From positions 682,001 through 746,000 of the forward strand of contig CM030335.1 in NCBI GenBank assembly GCA_017654855.1: a DNA stretch of 64,000 nucleotides, in the 5' to 3' direction. Below, piece by piece: positions 35,899 through 46,966 of this stretch. The notes under the pieces are model-generated. The model made no database searches, had not been told where the DNA came from, and saw only the letters and a program-made list of their open reading frames with translations. Position 1 is the stretch's first letter, and each line of letters begins with the position of its first letter. Origin of the DNA: Podospora anserina (taxonomy: Eukaryota). The position numbers and the translations under genes were made by a program.

Positions 35899-38800
35899 TT
35901 AAACATCTCGAGAAAATAAAAATATTATAATACGTCCTGAGTAACTGCCAAGAACTATTTTGCGTCCTTGCATAGTAAAAGCGCTTGTATGATATTCTGG
36001 TGGTAACCATAATACGTTCTGGTTATTGTAAGTAATCCAGCGGTAGTCTTGTCCTAAACCATACGAATAACACACCGGACTACTCAGCTGATTTGGACTT
36101 TCCATGGTAGCCGTGGCTATCTGGATACGCCCGATATTCGTGTTAATGTAAGCGTTAGTATAGTCGAACGATAGACAGGTAGCAGTTGAACCAACATTTA
36201 ACGTCTGTGTGCAGGTCCCCGATGCCGTATCCCAAATCTTAATGGTGTTGTCGCTCGAGCCCGATGCCACACGCTGGCCGTCCGGCGAGAACGCGACCGA
36301 CTGGACCCAGCCGCCATGGCCCTCTAACGTCTGTGTACAGGTTCCCGATGCCGTATCCCAGATCTTAATGGTGTTGTCGCTCGAGCCCGATGCCACACGC
36401 TGGCCGTCCGGCGAGAACGCGACCGACTGGACCCAGCCGCCATGGCCCTCTAACGTCTGTGTACAGGTCCCCGATGCCGCATCCCAGATCTTAATGGTGC
36501 CGTCGATCGAGCCCGATGCCACGCGCTGGCCGTCCGGCGAGAACGCGACCGACCAGACCGAGTCGCCATGGCCCTCTAACGTCTGTGTGCAGGTTCCCGA
36601 TGCCGTATCCCAGATCTTGATGGTCATGTCGTGCGAGCCCGATGCCACGCGCTGGCCGTCCGGCGAGAACGCGACCGACTGGACCCAGTCGCCATGGCCC
36701 TCTAACGTCTGTGTGCAGGTTCCCGATGCCGTATCCCAGATCTTGACGGTCTTGTCGTGCGAGCCCGATGCCACGCGCTGGCCGTCCGGCGAGAACGCGA
36801 CCGACTGGACCGAGTCGCCATGGCCCTCTAACGTCTGTGTGCAGGTTCCCGATGCCGTATCCCAGATCTTGATGGTCATGTCGTGCGAGCCCGATGCCAC
36901 GCGCTGGCCGTCCGGCGAGAACGCGACCGACTGGGCCCAGTCGCCATGGCCCTCTAACGTCTGTGTACAGGTTCCCGATGCCGCATCCCAGATCTTGATG
37001 GTCTTGTCGCCCGAGCCCGATGCCACGCGCTGGCCGTCCGGCGAGAACGCGACCGACCAGACCGAGTTGCCATGGCCCTCTAACGTCTGTGTACAGGTTC
37101 CCGATGCCGTATCCCAGATCTTGATGGTCTTGTCGCCCGAGCCCGATGCCACGCGCTGGCCGTCCGGCAAGAACGCGACCGACAAGACCGAGCTTCCATG
37201 GCCCTCTAACGTCTGTGTACAGGTTCCCGATGCCGCATCCCAGATCTTAATGGTGTGGTCGTCCGAGCCCGATGCCACGCGCTGGCCGTCCGGCGAGAAC
37301 GCGACCGACTGGACCCTGCCGCCATGGCCCTCTAACGTCTGTGTACAGGTTCCCGATGCCGCATCCCAGATCTTGATGGTCTTGTCGTCCGAGCCCGATG
37401 CCACGCGCTGGCCGTCCGGCGAGAACGCGACCGACCAGACCGAGCCGCCATGGCCCTCTAATGTCTGTGTGCCGGTTCCCGATGCCGTATCCCAGATCTT
37501 GATGGTCTTGTCGCCCGAGCCCGATGCCACGCGCTGGCCGTCCGGCGAGAACGCGACCGACAAGACCGAGCTGCCATGGCCCTCTAACGTCTGCGTGCAG
37601 GCATTCCATTCCGCTTCTACAACTGATATTGTGCTAATCCAGCCAGGCTCTTCCTTCTTGAAGATTTTCTTTATCATACTGTCAGTCGGTGCAAATACAA
37701 GGGCTGATGTGTATGCTTGAAGAGGGGCTTTCTCAATTATCATCCTGTAGGACAGCGCAAACCGATATGCATCCCGGACGATAGCTATTAACCTCCCTCG
37801 AATGGTATGTCCCTGTACTACTGTTAGACCAGCTTATAGCATTTAGTGGTCTCATACTTACCAATAAGCTCTCTAACTGTCGTATGGCATTGATGCCCCC
37901 TGGTAAAGCTCGGAGTAGACTAAGAGCTTCAAGCCAGTAAAGATACTTCGTTGTAAGGAATCTGTGGATATCCCCATCATCTTGTAGAAGATGAACCCAT
38001 TTTGAGCTTGTGCTAGAGACCAAATCACGTAAATGGTCAATCCAGTAGATGCATGAATATCGTACCGTTGCTAGCGGGTCCGGGTCTGGCACTCGGACGT
38101 TGTCAATCAAGAATCCCGGTGCATTTAAGCAGTATATGTCTCGTCGCAGCTTCTGAGACATAACATTTAGTGATCTCCAGAAGATGATATAGCTCACACC
38201 CTCTATCCCAGTAGGGAAAACCAGTTTGAAAGCTTCTTGAGAAGCTTTGTTGGAGTCTTTGTCCGAAGCCGTGCCGAGGAGAAAGTCCTTGGCCGATTGG
38301 TGGACGAAATAGACCGTTCGTTCTCGGATGATCAAGAACGAGCCGCAAAGCTTAACAATCTCTTCCAAGGACTCCGGATCATCGGAAACGTCATCCGGCA
38401 TCTCAATAAGAGAGGCGAGTTCATCAAGGCTGATAGGTCGGCGAACGGCTGCGGCGACGGCAAGAATCTGCTTGCAAAGCTCTGCATCCTCGGAATGGCC
38501 AATCTGCTCCAGCATCCGCGCATATAAAGAGTCTAGTCCGCGCGGAAATGTCTGTAACTTTGCTAATATATGCCGCTTCTTAACCTTCGGATCCGCGAGC
38601 GCCTGGCAGACCAACGCCACCCACAGAAACGTGCCATTTGCGTGGGAGTGTAAGTAATCCCGAATATTGCCTATCATGTTGGCATCGTGTTTCGTTTTCG
38701 GTGCCAGTTGATCTATCCTGTTTTGGATAAATGCGTTGACAGCAGTAGAAATAGATTCGGCGTTGAGCTCGAGGCTTAGCCTCGCTTTCTGCGTGGCTGT

Positions 38801-40144
38801 TTCCAATTGCTCTTCGATATCCGGCCAATTGCGACTCGAGACGATCCACTTGATTGGGGAGGATGTGCATGAGGTCCGGGTGATCAGCTCGAGAAGCTGC
38901 GGCAAGTCTGTCACGCATTCATCAAGCGCGTCGATGATCAAATACGTCATTCTCAAGCCGGGATCTTGTAGAATGCTAGTAAAGATCTCACACAGGACAA
39001 TCCATACGTTAGGACCCTCAAACATCTTTTTTCCTGCATGATCATAAGGTCGTCGTACGTGTGAGATGAGTGCTGGTTGTTGGCTGACAAGAAGGTAGAT
39101 TAGACCGCGGAGGACGGCAGTGGCATTATTAATGCGCGAGTCGGTGGCTTGGCAAAAGAAGAAGGATAGAAGGCCAGGTGGTGTAGACTTTTTTAATTCG
39201 TCGATGATGCCGCAGAGCAACATAGTCTTGCCTTTGCCGGGGTCGCCGTTGATCCAGAGCAGCCGTTGATCGTCACCGTCGTGCCATTGTTGGAATTGGA
39301 CGTTGCTGAGAACCCAACAGTAGGAGTCTTTCAGGAGGCCGCCCTTGGCAGCTTCGATCCGCTTCTTATCGTGGCGAGGGTCGGTGACACGCAGGTCGGC
39401 CAGACAGCCGTCATCCTTCCCAATCTTCTCTCGCAACCGCTCAAGGGCCTTCTCTTTTCCTTCGCCGTAGATAAGAGGCAGATGGACGTCGAAGATACCG
39501 AAAAGCGAGTATGCCATGTCTTCTTCACGTGTTGTATTGCGTTGCTTCATCCATGCCATCCGGTCATGGACACTGAAATCAGACAAAGGACTACCTCGGA
39601 GGGCCTCGAGGGGAATTCCCGTTACGTCGTGGATCATTCGCTCTAGAGAGTTCCTGTCTCCAATACGCGCCTTCTCCCTTGAAAAGAACTCGACTGATGT
39701 CGGAGCAATAAGTTCTTGGAGGGTCCATCCTCGAGTAAACCATTTGCATTTCTGAAAAGCCCATTTCCAACTAGGATCGCCGTCGGCGTCTCGCTTGTCC
39801 GTTGAGACGTCTGTAAGATAGACATAGCACTTAGCCGCATCGCGATACCACCTGAACATAGAGTTGATCGCCTCCTGAAGCTCAGTGCTGTTGGACTTAT
39901 CGATACAGCATGTGTCTACCCAGAAGAATTTCAGCCCGTCACGCCAAGCTTGATCTGCACAAAACCGGATCTTGTTGTAGCCGAGTTTGCTTACGGCTCT
40001 GCCGTCCTTTAAATCTTTGTAGCTGACTTCCTCCTCATCGGGCCCCCATGTGTGTGAAAGAATCGCATATGGCGGAATCTTGCCGCTGGGCAGGTCCTTC
40101 GTCGGGCGGATCTCGCCGGCATCATCACGTTCCAGGAGACGCAT
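35899..40144 (-). CDS. het-e: HET-E heterokaryon-incompatibility NLR (HET + NACHT + 11 WD40), exons 40144-37862 and 37812-35899, about 1398 aa
   Basis: N-terminus MRLLERDDAGEIRPTKDLPSGKIPPYAILSHTWG and C-terminus GRIIIFLFSRDV match my recollection of P. anserina HET-E. P-loop GDPGKGKT, Walker B LIIDALDE, 49-bp intron gtaagt..ctaac..cag, high-identity WD40 array. Confidence 0.95.
36203..37588 (-). repeat. Tandem array of 11 x 126-bp WD40 repeats with high internal conservation
   Basis: Unit LEGHGxxVxSVAFSPDGQRVASGSxDxTIKIWDxASGTCTQT, counted 11 times in the translation. Confidence 0.97.
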
Positions 40145-40893
40145 GGTTCGGGACCGCCGAGGCTCGGCCGGAAAGGTAAAAGGGTGGAGCGGTAGGTGCG
40201 ATAGATAGACGAGGATATTTGCGATCTGCGGGAACAAAATAATTAGAAACTGAAGTAAATAGCGCGCCGCGATTGTCTGGTGTTGGAATTTATCTTACTG
40301 GGTAGTTATAGTGTATGAGGAAGACCCTTTGTAATGTGTTTAAGAACTATCGCGGGCTTAGACCAATCGTGATGAGGGGCGCGCAAGGGTAGAGTAGGAG
40401 AACGCAAGCTGTTCAGAGATGCAGCTGCTGTTCGAGAGAGACACGGGACGGTTGACCACGATATTGCGAGTCTCGGTGGGCTCGAAGCTTTGAAGTGATT
40501 GATGTTGCTATTGCAACTGGCTTTGGGCTTCCTCGACCCCTCATGTTGGGCGTTGATGGATTGGCAGCTAGGCAGCGCACGCAAAAGCACGGGACGTCCC
40601 GAACCAATCAGAACTAATTATCTTGCGAAGGTAACTCGTTGAGACAGCACCTTGCCGTGCACCGGTTTGGCTACACCCTTTTACAACCCAGACTAACCTT
40701 TAGAGAATCACTCTTAGAGAGACTGGGCTCTGAAACCGCCACAACCTTGCAAGTACTACGAAGTACTATTACCCTTGAATTTATTTACAGATTTCAATAC
40801 TGCAAATTAGAATCCAAAGCTATCAGAACAAAAATACTAAACGCATTTGTAAACAGAGAGGTGCTTTGTATAGACTACGGAAGGAGGATCTTG

Positions 40894-41305
40894 TATGACG
40901 GACCCCTATCTGAAACCTCTAAAAGGGATATACAGTTTAAAGGTAAACTCTTGATGAATGGTTCGGTACAGCTAAACAGTGCACAACGGATAGTGGTCCT
41001 TAGTGTCACGACGCTGACACATGCGGGGCGCAGAACGCCACCCCGGCCAATCAGTGGATAAGCCAATAAGAGGTTCACAATTATCACGGGTGTCACTCGT
41101 GAAAAGTGATAATCGGTCTATATATATGGAGAAACTAGATAGCTTGTAGATAGTTCCGCAGTATGCAATCACAGCTTGTATTCACGGTATCTTGTGTTTA
41201 CATTGAGATATCTTGTTGTGCACTGTTTAGCTGCACCGAACCAATTGTCAGAAGTTACCTTCAACCAGTATCCCTTTCAGAGGTTCTGTACAGGGGTTCG
41301 TCACA
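40894..41305. mobile_element. Repeat relic: about 100-bp imperfect inverted arms enclosing a 199-bp TGT...ACA solo-LTR-like segment (41004-41202)
   Basis: 40894-40992 (tatgacggacccc..ggttcggtacagctaaacagtgcacaac) matches the reverse complement of 41209-41305 (tgtgacgaacccc..ggttcggtgcagctaaacagtgcacaac). The inner segment has TG..CA ends and a TATATATA box. No clear TSD. Confidence 0.55.
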
Positions 41306-42000
41306 GTACTGGAATGACATAGCTTTGGCAGCTAAGCAGCGGGTAACGATAACGGTAACGACGACTGTAGGGGCAACGGTAGCGGCAACAACAGCAATAA
41401 TAACAATAACGGGAGCAAGGGCGGCAATAAAGGTAGTAATAACGATATGGATCAATCCATGCTGGTGCATTTGTCAATATAGTTATCCAGCAGCCAAGGC
41501 CATCTTATCGGTTCACATCTAATTACCCCGCAGCCTATCAGCCAATCGAAAAAGACTGCCCCACATCCTGCTGCTCAAATGAAAGGGCCGGAAGCGGGGA
41601 TGCAGCAAGTCTCCAATAAACAACTTGGGTTATGAGCCGCACGCTGCTCACGAGTTGAACCTCACTTCTATGTATCATGGATTCGGAGCGCCAGGCATGA
41701 TGAGTCTCAGCTTGCAGGGGAGCAAGTAACGTTGTATCTCGTTTAATCAAGAGGTGTTGGCGGCGATCGCAATGTTGGCGCATGCACACGTCTCATCGAT
41801 GAACAGGCTGCACGCTGCTCGCGAGTCGAACCTCACTTCCATGGCACACGTTGCCTGTGAAGGCAGTTAAAATATTTGGCCGATGCTCCCCTATTTGCTT
41901 TCATAGCTGTTTCTTGTCCTCGACAAAGCCAGACCCAGCTTACTTCTATTTATCATCAATTCACTATCACCTTTTGCTTTGAGCTTACATTGAATGCAAC

Positions 42001-42324
42001 ATGTGCCAATTTATTAAGACCACTTTGACCTGCGACCATCCCTCTAAACCTTCATTCTGGATCCCTGAGAGTGCGACGGAGTGTGAAGATGCCGTCAGAG
42101 CTGCTGTTCATGATTTGAACGGTCAACTGCAGCGCTGCACCGGATACAACTATACGACAAGCACTAGATATGACACCGGCCATTGCAACAACAGCTCCTG
42201 CCGCATGAAGGCATTTAGAAAGTGCGGTTGGAAATGCCACATATGCCAGTCCGAAGTTTCTGCTGGTCTCGATACCTGTGCCTGTACCCACAGGGCTTGC
42301 TACCTGTGCTCGATCAAAAATTGA
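42001..42324 (+). CDS. Small Cys/His-rich protein without signal peptide (probable zinc binder)
   Basis: MCQF..CDH..C..C..HC...C..CGWKCHIC..CACTHRACYLC; 13 Cys in 107 aa; caacATG context. Confidence 0.7.
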   Translation: MCQFIKTTLTCDHPSKPSFWIPESATECEDAVRAAVHDLNGQLQRCTGYNYTTSTRYDTGHCNNSSCRMKAFRKCGWKCHICQSEVSAGLDTCACTHRACYLCSIKN

Positions 42325-42561
42325 AGTGAATGATCAGTTGCATCTTCCCGTGCTGGTCTTGTAACACCGACGGGACTAAAAAAGAACTATAATGCAGGCA
42401 GCCTTGATTGGTAACCAGGTCGGGCGGAGGCGGTGAAGGCGATGACTAGCAAACAGACCTGTCTTTAGGTTCCCTAATAAACATCATTGTCACACATTTC
42501 CTCAACCAACAATAGTGACGCTCTCCTACCCAAAACATGTTACTTACGACGTGCCATCACG

Positions 42562-43701
42562 ATGCAAAACTTCTACATTAAATCTGTCGTTTGGGATTTG
42601 ACTTTCAATTTGGAGAGCGACATCACGCTTGAGATAGGCTATGGAGGCGCAGCCTTCCGGATCTGCTACAATGCACGCACCCTCGCCGCCTCACCATATG
42701 CCCTGGAACAGCATCACGAGTTATACCGAATTCTATATAAGGATGATCCGGATGGAGGATCCTGGCAAGCGGTGGAACGACTCCGAAAACCATTTGAAGA
42801 ACTTATGACCCAGATGGCCCCAAATCCACCAATTGAGTTAACACGGTATCTACACAGTTATCTTTACCCGCCGTGGTTTATTCTCGAAGCAGGAGTAGCT
42901 GAGAGCGGGCGCGTTCAGCCATACTTCAAGGCGGCCCTCTCGCGACAGGAGTTCGGACGTCCGGGTGAATATATAAACAACGACTTCCTTCAACCGCATT
43001 TGTCTCCGCTGCTTGACTCGAAGCTTAACAAGTACTCATCTCATCATGTACAAGTCCTGGCTCAGACATCGCAGCTAGTTCCATCTAGGGTCCTTGTCGA
43101 CGGCACTATCTACTTCTTCAAGACTTGGATATCAGGTCGAGTGCATGGATACCACGAGCTGCAGTCATATAGGAAGATCCTAGCGGATACCGAGGCAAGC
43201 CCGCCCCTTCTTGCTGGCGCACGCATCTGTCGCCTTCACGGTCTAGTTATCGACGATGACGATGATGTCCTCCAACACTATCCGCTTGATAGCGACGAGG
43301 AGAATCACTCCGGGACACGTTTGGTCGGACTACTTCTCACGTGCATCGAGAATCGAGGCACTTTGAAGGATTTGGCGCCTTGGTCGGACGACTGTACAAA
43401 TGAGGATCGGCTTCGCTGGTCTGGGCAAATACACCATTCGGTCGAATGTTTGCATAACGCAGGTGTAATTTGGGGAGACGCTAAGCCCGAGAACGTCTTG
43501 ATTGATATGGAGGGCGATGCCTGGCTCATTGATTTTGGCGGTAGTTATACCCCGGGCTGGGTTGACGAGGATAAGCGGGAGACTGTGGAAGGAGACCGAC
43601 AGGGTGTGCAAAGGATTGATGATTGGCTCACCAGATGGTCCCGCCAGCCGGTTACTCGTATCAAGCGGAGTGGTGAAGGGTGTGGGGAAGGAGGAGTGTG
43701 A
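42562..43701 (+). CDS. Atypical fungal protein-kinase-like domain protein
   Basis: YFFK, HELQSY, LHGLV, LHNAGVIWGDAKPENVLID, WLIDFGGSYTPGWVD; intronless. Confidence 0.85.
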   Translation: MQNFYIKSVVWDLTFNLESDITLEIGYGGAAFRICYNARTLAASPYALEQHHELYRILYKDDPDGGSWQAVERLRKPFEELMTQMAPNPPIELTRYLHSYLYPPWFILEAGVAESGRVQPYFKAALSRQEFGRPGEYINNDFLQPHLSPLLDSKLNKYSSHHVQVLAQTSQLVPSRVLVDGTIYFFKTWISGRVHGYHELQSYRKILADTEASPPLLAGARICRLHGLVIDDDDDVLQHYPLDSDEENHSGTRLVGLLLTCIENRGTLKDLAPWSDDCTNEDRLRWSGQIHHSVECLHNAGVIWGDAKPENVLIDMEGDAWLIDFGGSYTPGWVDEDKRETVEGDRQGVQRIDDWLTRWSRQPVTRIKRSGEGCGEGGV

Positions 43702-44377
43702 TGGTTATGGAGGGTGTTGTCATGGTGATGGAGGGAGGGGAAGGGGCTGTGGTATGGTGAGAATCAGGGGGTGATTTGATGGAGAGGGGAGGAGGCAGGG
43801 AGGGAGTGTTGAGGGGGGTAAGGAGGTGGGGTTGTGAGAGTAATGAAGGGGCGATGGGATGCGAGGTTGATGCATGTAGTGTCTAACTTGTCTGTCTGTC
43901 CGTATGTCTAAGAGAGAATTAGAATCCGGGGAGTTCAATTGGGACCCATGGGCGAAGCACGGGGAAAGGTACCACATAACGGAGAATCTAAGCTCCACTT
44001 CCCCAGCCAAGAGGTTTGCTAGCACAGTCAAACCTCGCGTGATCTGTGCGCCAGCCCCGCCATTTAATGCGACCGAAACAGATCGTTGGCAGCGGGACTG
44101 CCCTTTTACAACCGGCAAGCAGTCATGGCTGCAACGTGTTCGATTCCAACAGAGGACGCAAAAGTATCTATCCAAGAGGCCGGCGTGTATTTCCTAGAGG
44201 ATTCCCTAGTAGGAAGTCAGGTCGTCGAGTTTAATGAAAGAGGTTTGCCTACTAAGACGAAATATGGCTTGGAATTCTGCGCTTAGAACAGGCCGACTCC
44301 CAAATCTGCATAGTTCATTTGTGATGCAGTGGAGGTGAGGCCATTTTCCAGAGTCCCGACACCATGCGGTCTTCATC

Positions 44378-45138
44378 TTAACTCAAAGCCAAGAAAGTCG
44401 TCAAGAAGAGCAGACAAGTCGCCATCTTGAAATCGAAAAAGGCATGACTGGGAGCGTTTGACTTCTGGGCCGGGTTTTAGGCGAGTGAAACCGCTACACA
44501 AGCGAGTCAGCCACAACATCTTGCCTACGGTCCAACCCGCTCAGTACTCACCTGGAACCGTCACAAGCGGAGTGGCAAGAGACGTTGTCGTTGTTCCCAA
44601 CTCCAATTTCTCCACACCCTGAGTAATAGCCACCATCTTATACCCCAACGCGATCCCATCCATGGCCGTTTTCGGCGTAGGCCCCGCGTCTCCAACAGAA
44701 GTCCACGTGCAATCAAGCCGGTTAGACGGAAACCCATCAATATAAACCGCCCCAAGTCTATGAATGTCCCCGTTGTCTGGTTCCTTGATGCCGGATCCTA
44801 GAGGTGTGCAGGTCGCACGGTGAGATGTTGGAGTACCCTTGTAAGTCAGATCTTGCGTCGCGGCCGCGCTGTAAAGGGTGTCGCCTTCTACAAACGTCGC
44901 GGTGCCGACTAGGAAGTCCGTTGGCGAGCGTGTTTCGGGGGGTTGTTTTGATAGGGGTAACTGGGCAGTCTTTTTTGGCGCATGTGAGGAAGTATGTTGT
45001 TGTGCCGGATGTTTGGCCTATGACCGAGATGGCCGATCCGGGGAAGTCGAAGCCCCAGTCTAGGATGGGGACGGTGACGGGCTCCTGGGCATAGCATACC
45101 ACCGAGAATAGGGCCATGGAAAGGAATTTGGACGCCAT
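44378..45138 (-). pseudogene. Secreted/GPI-anchored cell-wall protein-like gene with a frameshift and a premature stop
   Basis: Signal peptide MASKFLSMALFSVVCYA, SVIGQTSGTTTYFLTC, VAITQGVEKL, hydrophobic tail KMATCLLFLTTFLALS*; two introns; frame break near 44760 and TAA near 44476. Confidence 0.5.
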
Positions 45139-45527
45139 CGCTGGGGAATCTCATGAATGCATGGAAGACAGAAAAGAAAACAGGAAGAAAAAGGAAGAGC
45201 ATAACAGCAACATGGGTAATCAATTAGTCCCTAAGTTGCTGTGGTTGTTCATGCAGATCTTGTTTATGCGGATCGTAATCGTTTTGCACAAGTCCCAACG
45301 CTAAGCCTGGTTTGCCACTCGGCCTAGGCTTGTTCGAGAGGGGAAGAGGGGCAAAGAGCAGTCTGGACGCGGTTGAGGCTCATGATTTGGGGAGGCCTCT
45401 CACCTGCCATGTAAAAATATGATCTGAGAGATGAAAGACATGCTCCAGTAAACGAATAAGAGTTATGTACTATTTGCCATCACCTACCTTGGTCAAGTTC
45501 ATTAACCTCCACTCGTCACACTTCTCC

Positions 45528-46564
45528 TTAGATCCACCACATTCGACTAGTCGTTTTCCCAGTGAAGTTTGAGGTGCTGGTACCTGTGAGATGGCTTGTG
45601 AATAATGAGGTTTGGCCTTCCATATACTGAGAGAAGAAGGCGGTGAAACTGGTGAGAAACGGGTTGGCATCGGTGGTAGCAGGTCGGATGTCCTTGCGAG
45701 CACCCGGTTTCCATGTTTTCATCGACTTGAGGCAGTCATCATGTGCTGCTTGCTTTTCCTGTCGGCACTTCGCCTTTGACACCTCGAAATCATCACCGGG
45801 GTTTCTTGGGCGCTTGGAGACTCCTCGTGGCGATGTGATACTACTAGTTGGTGTCTTTGGACGAGTTGACGTTCGAACAGCTTGGGTCGATGTCATAGCT
45901 TTGACCCAGTCCAGTAATTGAGAATGGCATTCAGTACCTCTGGGGTAAACGTTGGGGCGTTCGGACAGTGGGATGCGGCATAGAATATGCTCGATCAAGG
46001 CAATGCCATTGGCAAGATCTTGTTCCGTGATAGAGAGTTGGTCCTTGAGGAGGATCGTGCTACCTGGTGTGATGGCATACTGCGTACCAAGTTGAAGCCG
46101 CTTCCGCTTGTCAGCCTTTTGTTCCAAATGGGCCATGTGTATGGGTAAACTTACAAATCTAACCATGTCTTTAACCAGTTCTTCGTCGCCAGAGAAAAAA
46201 GTCTTGCGGAATTTGGTGAGCCTTGTAAATGGCCAGTCCAAGCTGTTCCAAGTTCTTATGCCTCGCTCCAAGTGTCATGTGGAACGTCAAGGTTGGTTTC
46301 TGCCAAAGTCTTTGCCTCTCGGTAATTGTGATTGCTTTCATGATCTCAGCTGCTCGTTCGTGCTGTGGAGGGGACTTTGGTTTGGTGGTCTGAGTTTGAT
46401 GATATGGACGGCTCTCCCCTGGAGGGAAGAGTGGCGTCGAAACCTGCGGGCAGAGCTGCCTTGATATCGGCAAAGAGCTTCTCACGAGTCACGATGTGGA
46501 TATATGGCTCGTTCTCATGAGCAGCAATGACCATGCCTACCAAGCTGTGAGTATCCTGCGTCAC
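45528..46564 (-). CDS. Hypothetical protein, 5' structure uncertain (possibly degenerate)
   Basis: 247-codon ORF with globular-looking N-half plus upstream ORF fragments in other frames; no family recognised. Confidence 0.35.
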
Positions 46565-46966
46565 TACCCACGCCCCCGAACAATCAAGAGCTGCACAAAG
46601 AATTAACTTCCAGTACTACCTATTTGAATCCAAACATCTCAAAGGGCTCACCAGTGAGAATCCAGCAGCTACGACTGGACAGGACAGGAGAGAACCTATT
46701 GCAGTTTGCCACATTCTGGATAGCCACCGCGGTCGGGATATACACGCTGGCGAGCATCGCGCTTGGGGTTGCGTCAGTGGTGTACGCTGTCAAGGCGTAC
46801 GATATGGGACTCAAGCAGTACCAGGTGGCGGTTTGGCAGTTTTGTCTTGATCTCGAACAGGCAAGCGACGTAGGGAATAGGAGGTGGAGGGAGTTTTGTT
46901 ATGACGATGACAGTGTAATTAAGTGCTACCAAACACAGACGCTACATCGACTTTATATCTCACCGC

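Noticed and set aside
36209-37720. 503-aa repetitive ORF on the + strand, and a CRISPR-like regular periodicity
   Set aside because: Antisense shadow of the het-e WD40 array. The 126-bp units are contiguous coding repeats with no unique spacers, in a eukaryotic genome.
42001-43701. Possible Spok meiotic-driver gene (Cys cluster plus kinase)
   Set aside because: The Cys-rich ORF and kinase are separate ORFs, with no coiled-coil or nuclease region and a much smaller size than Spok proteins.
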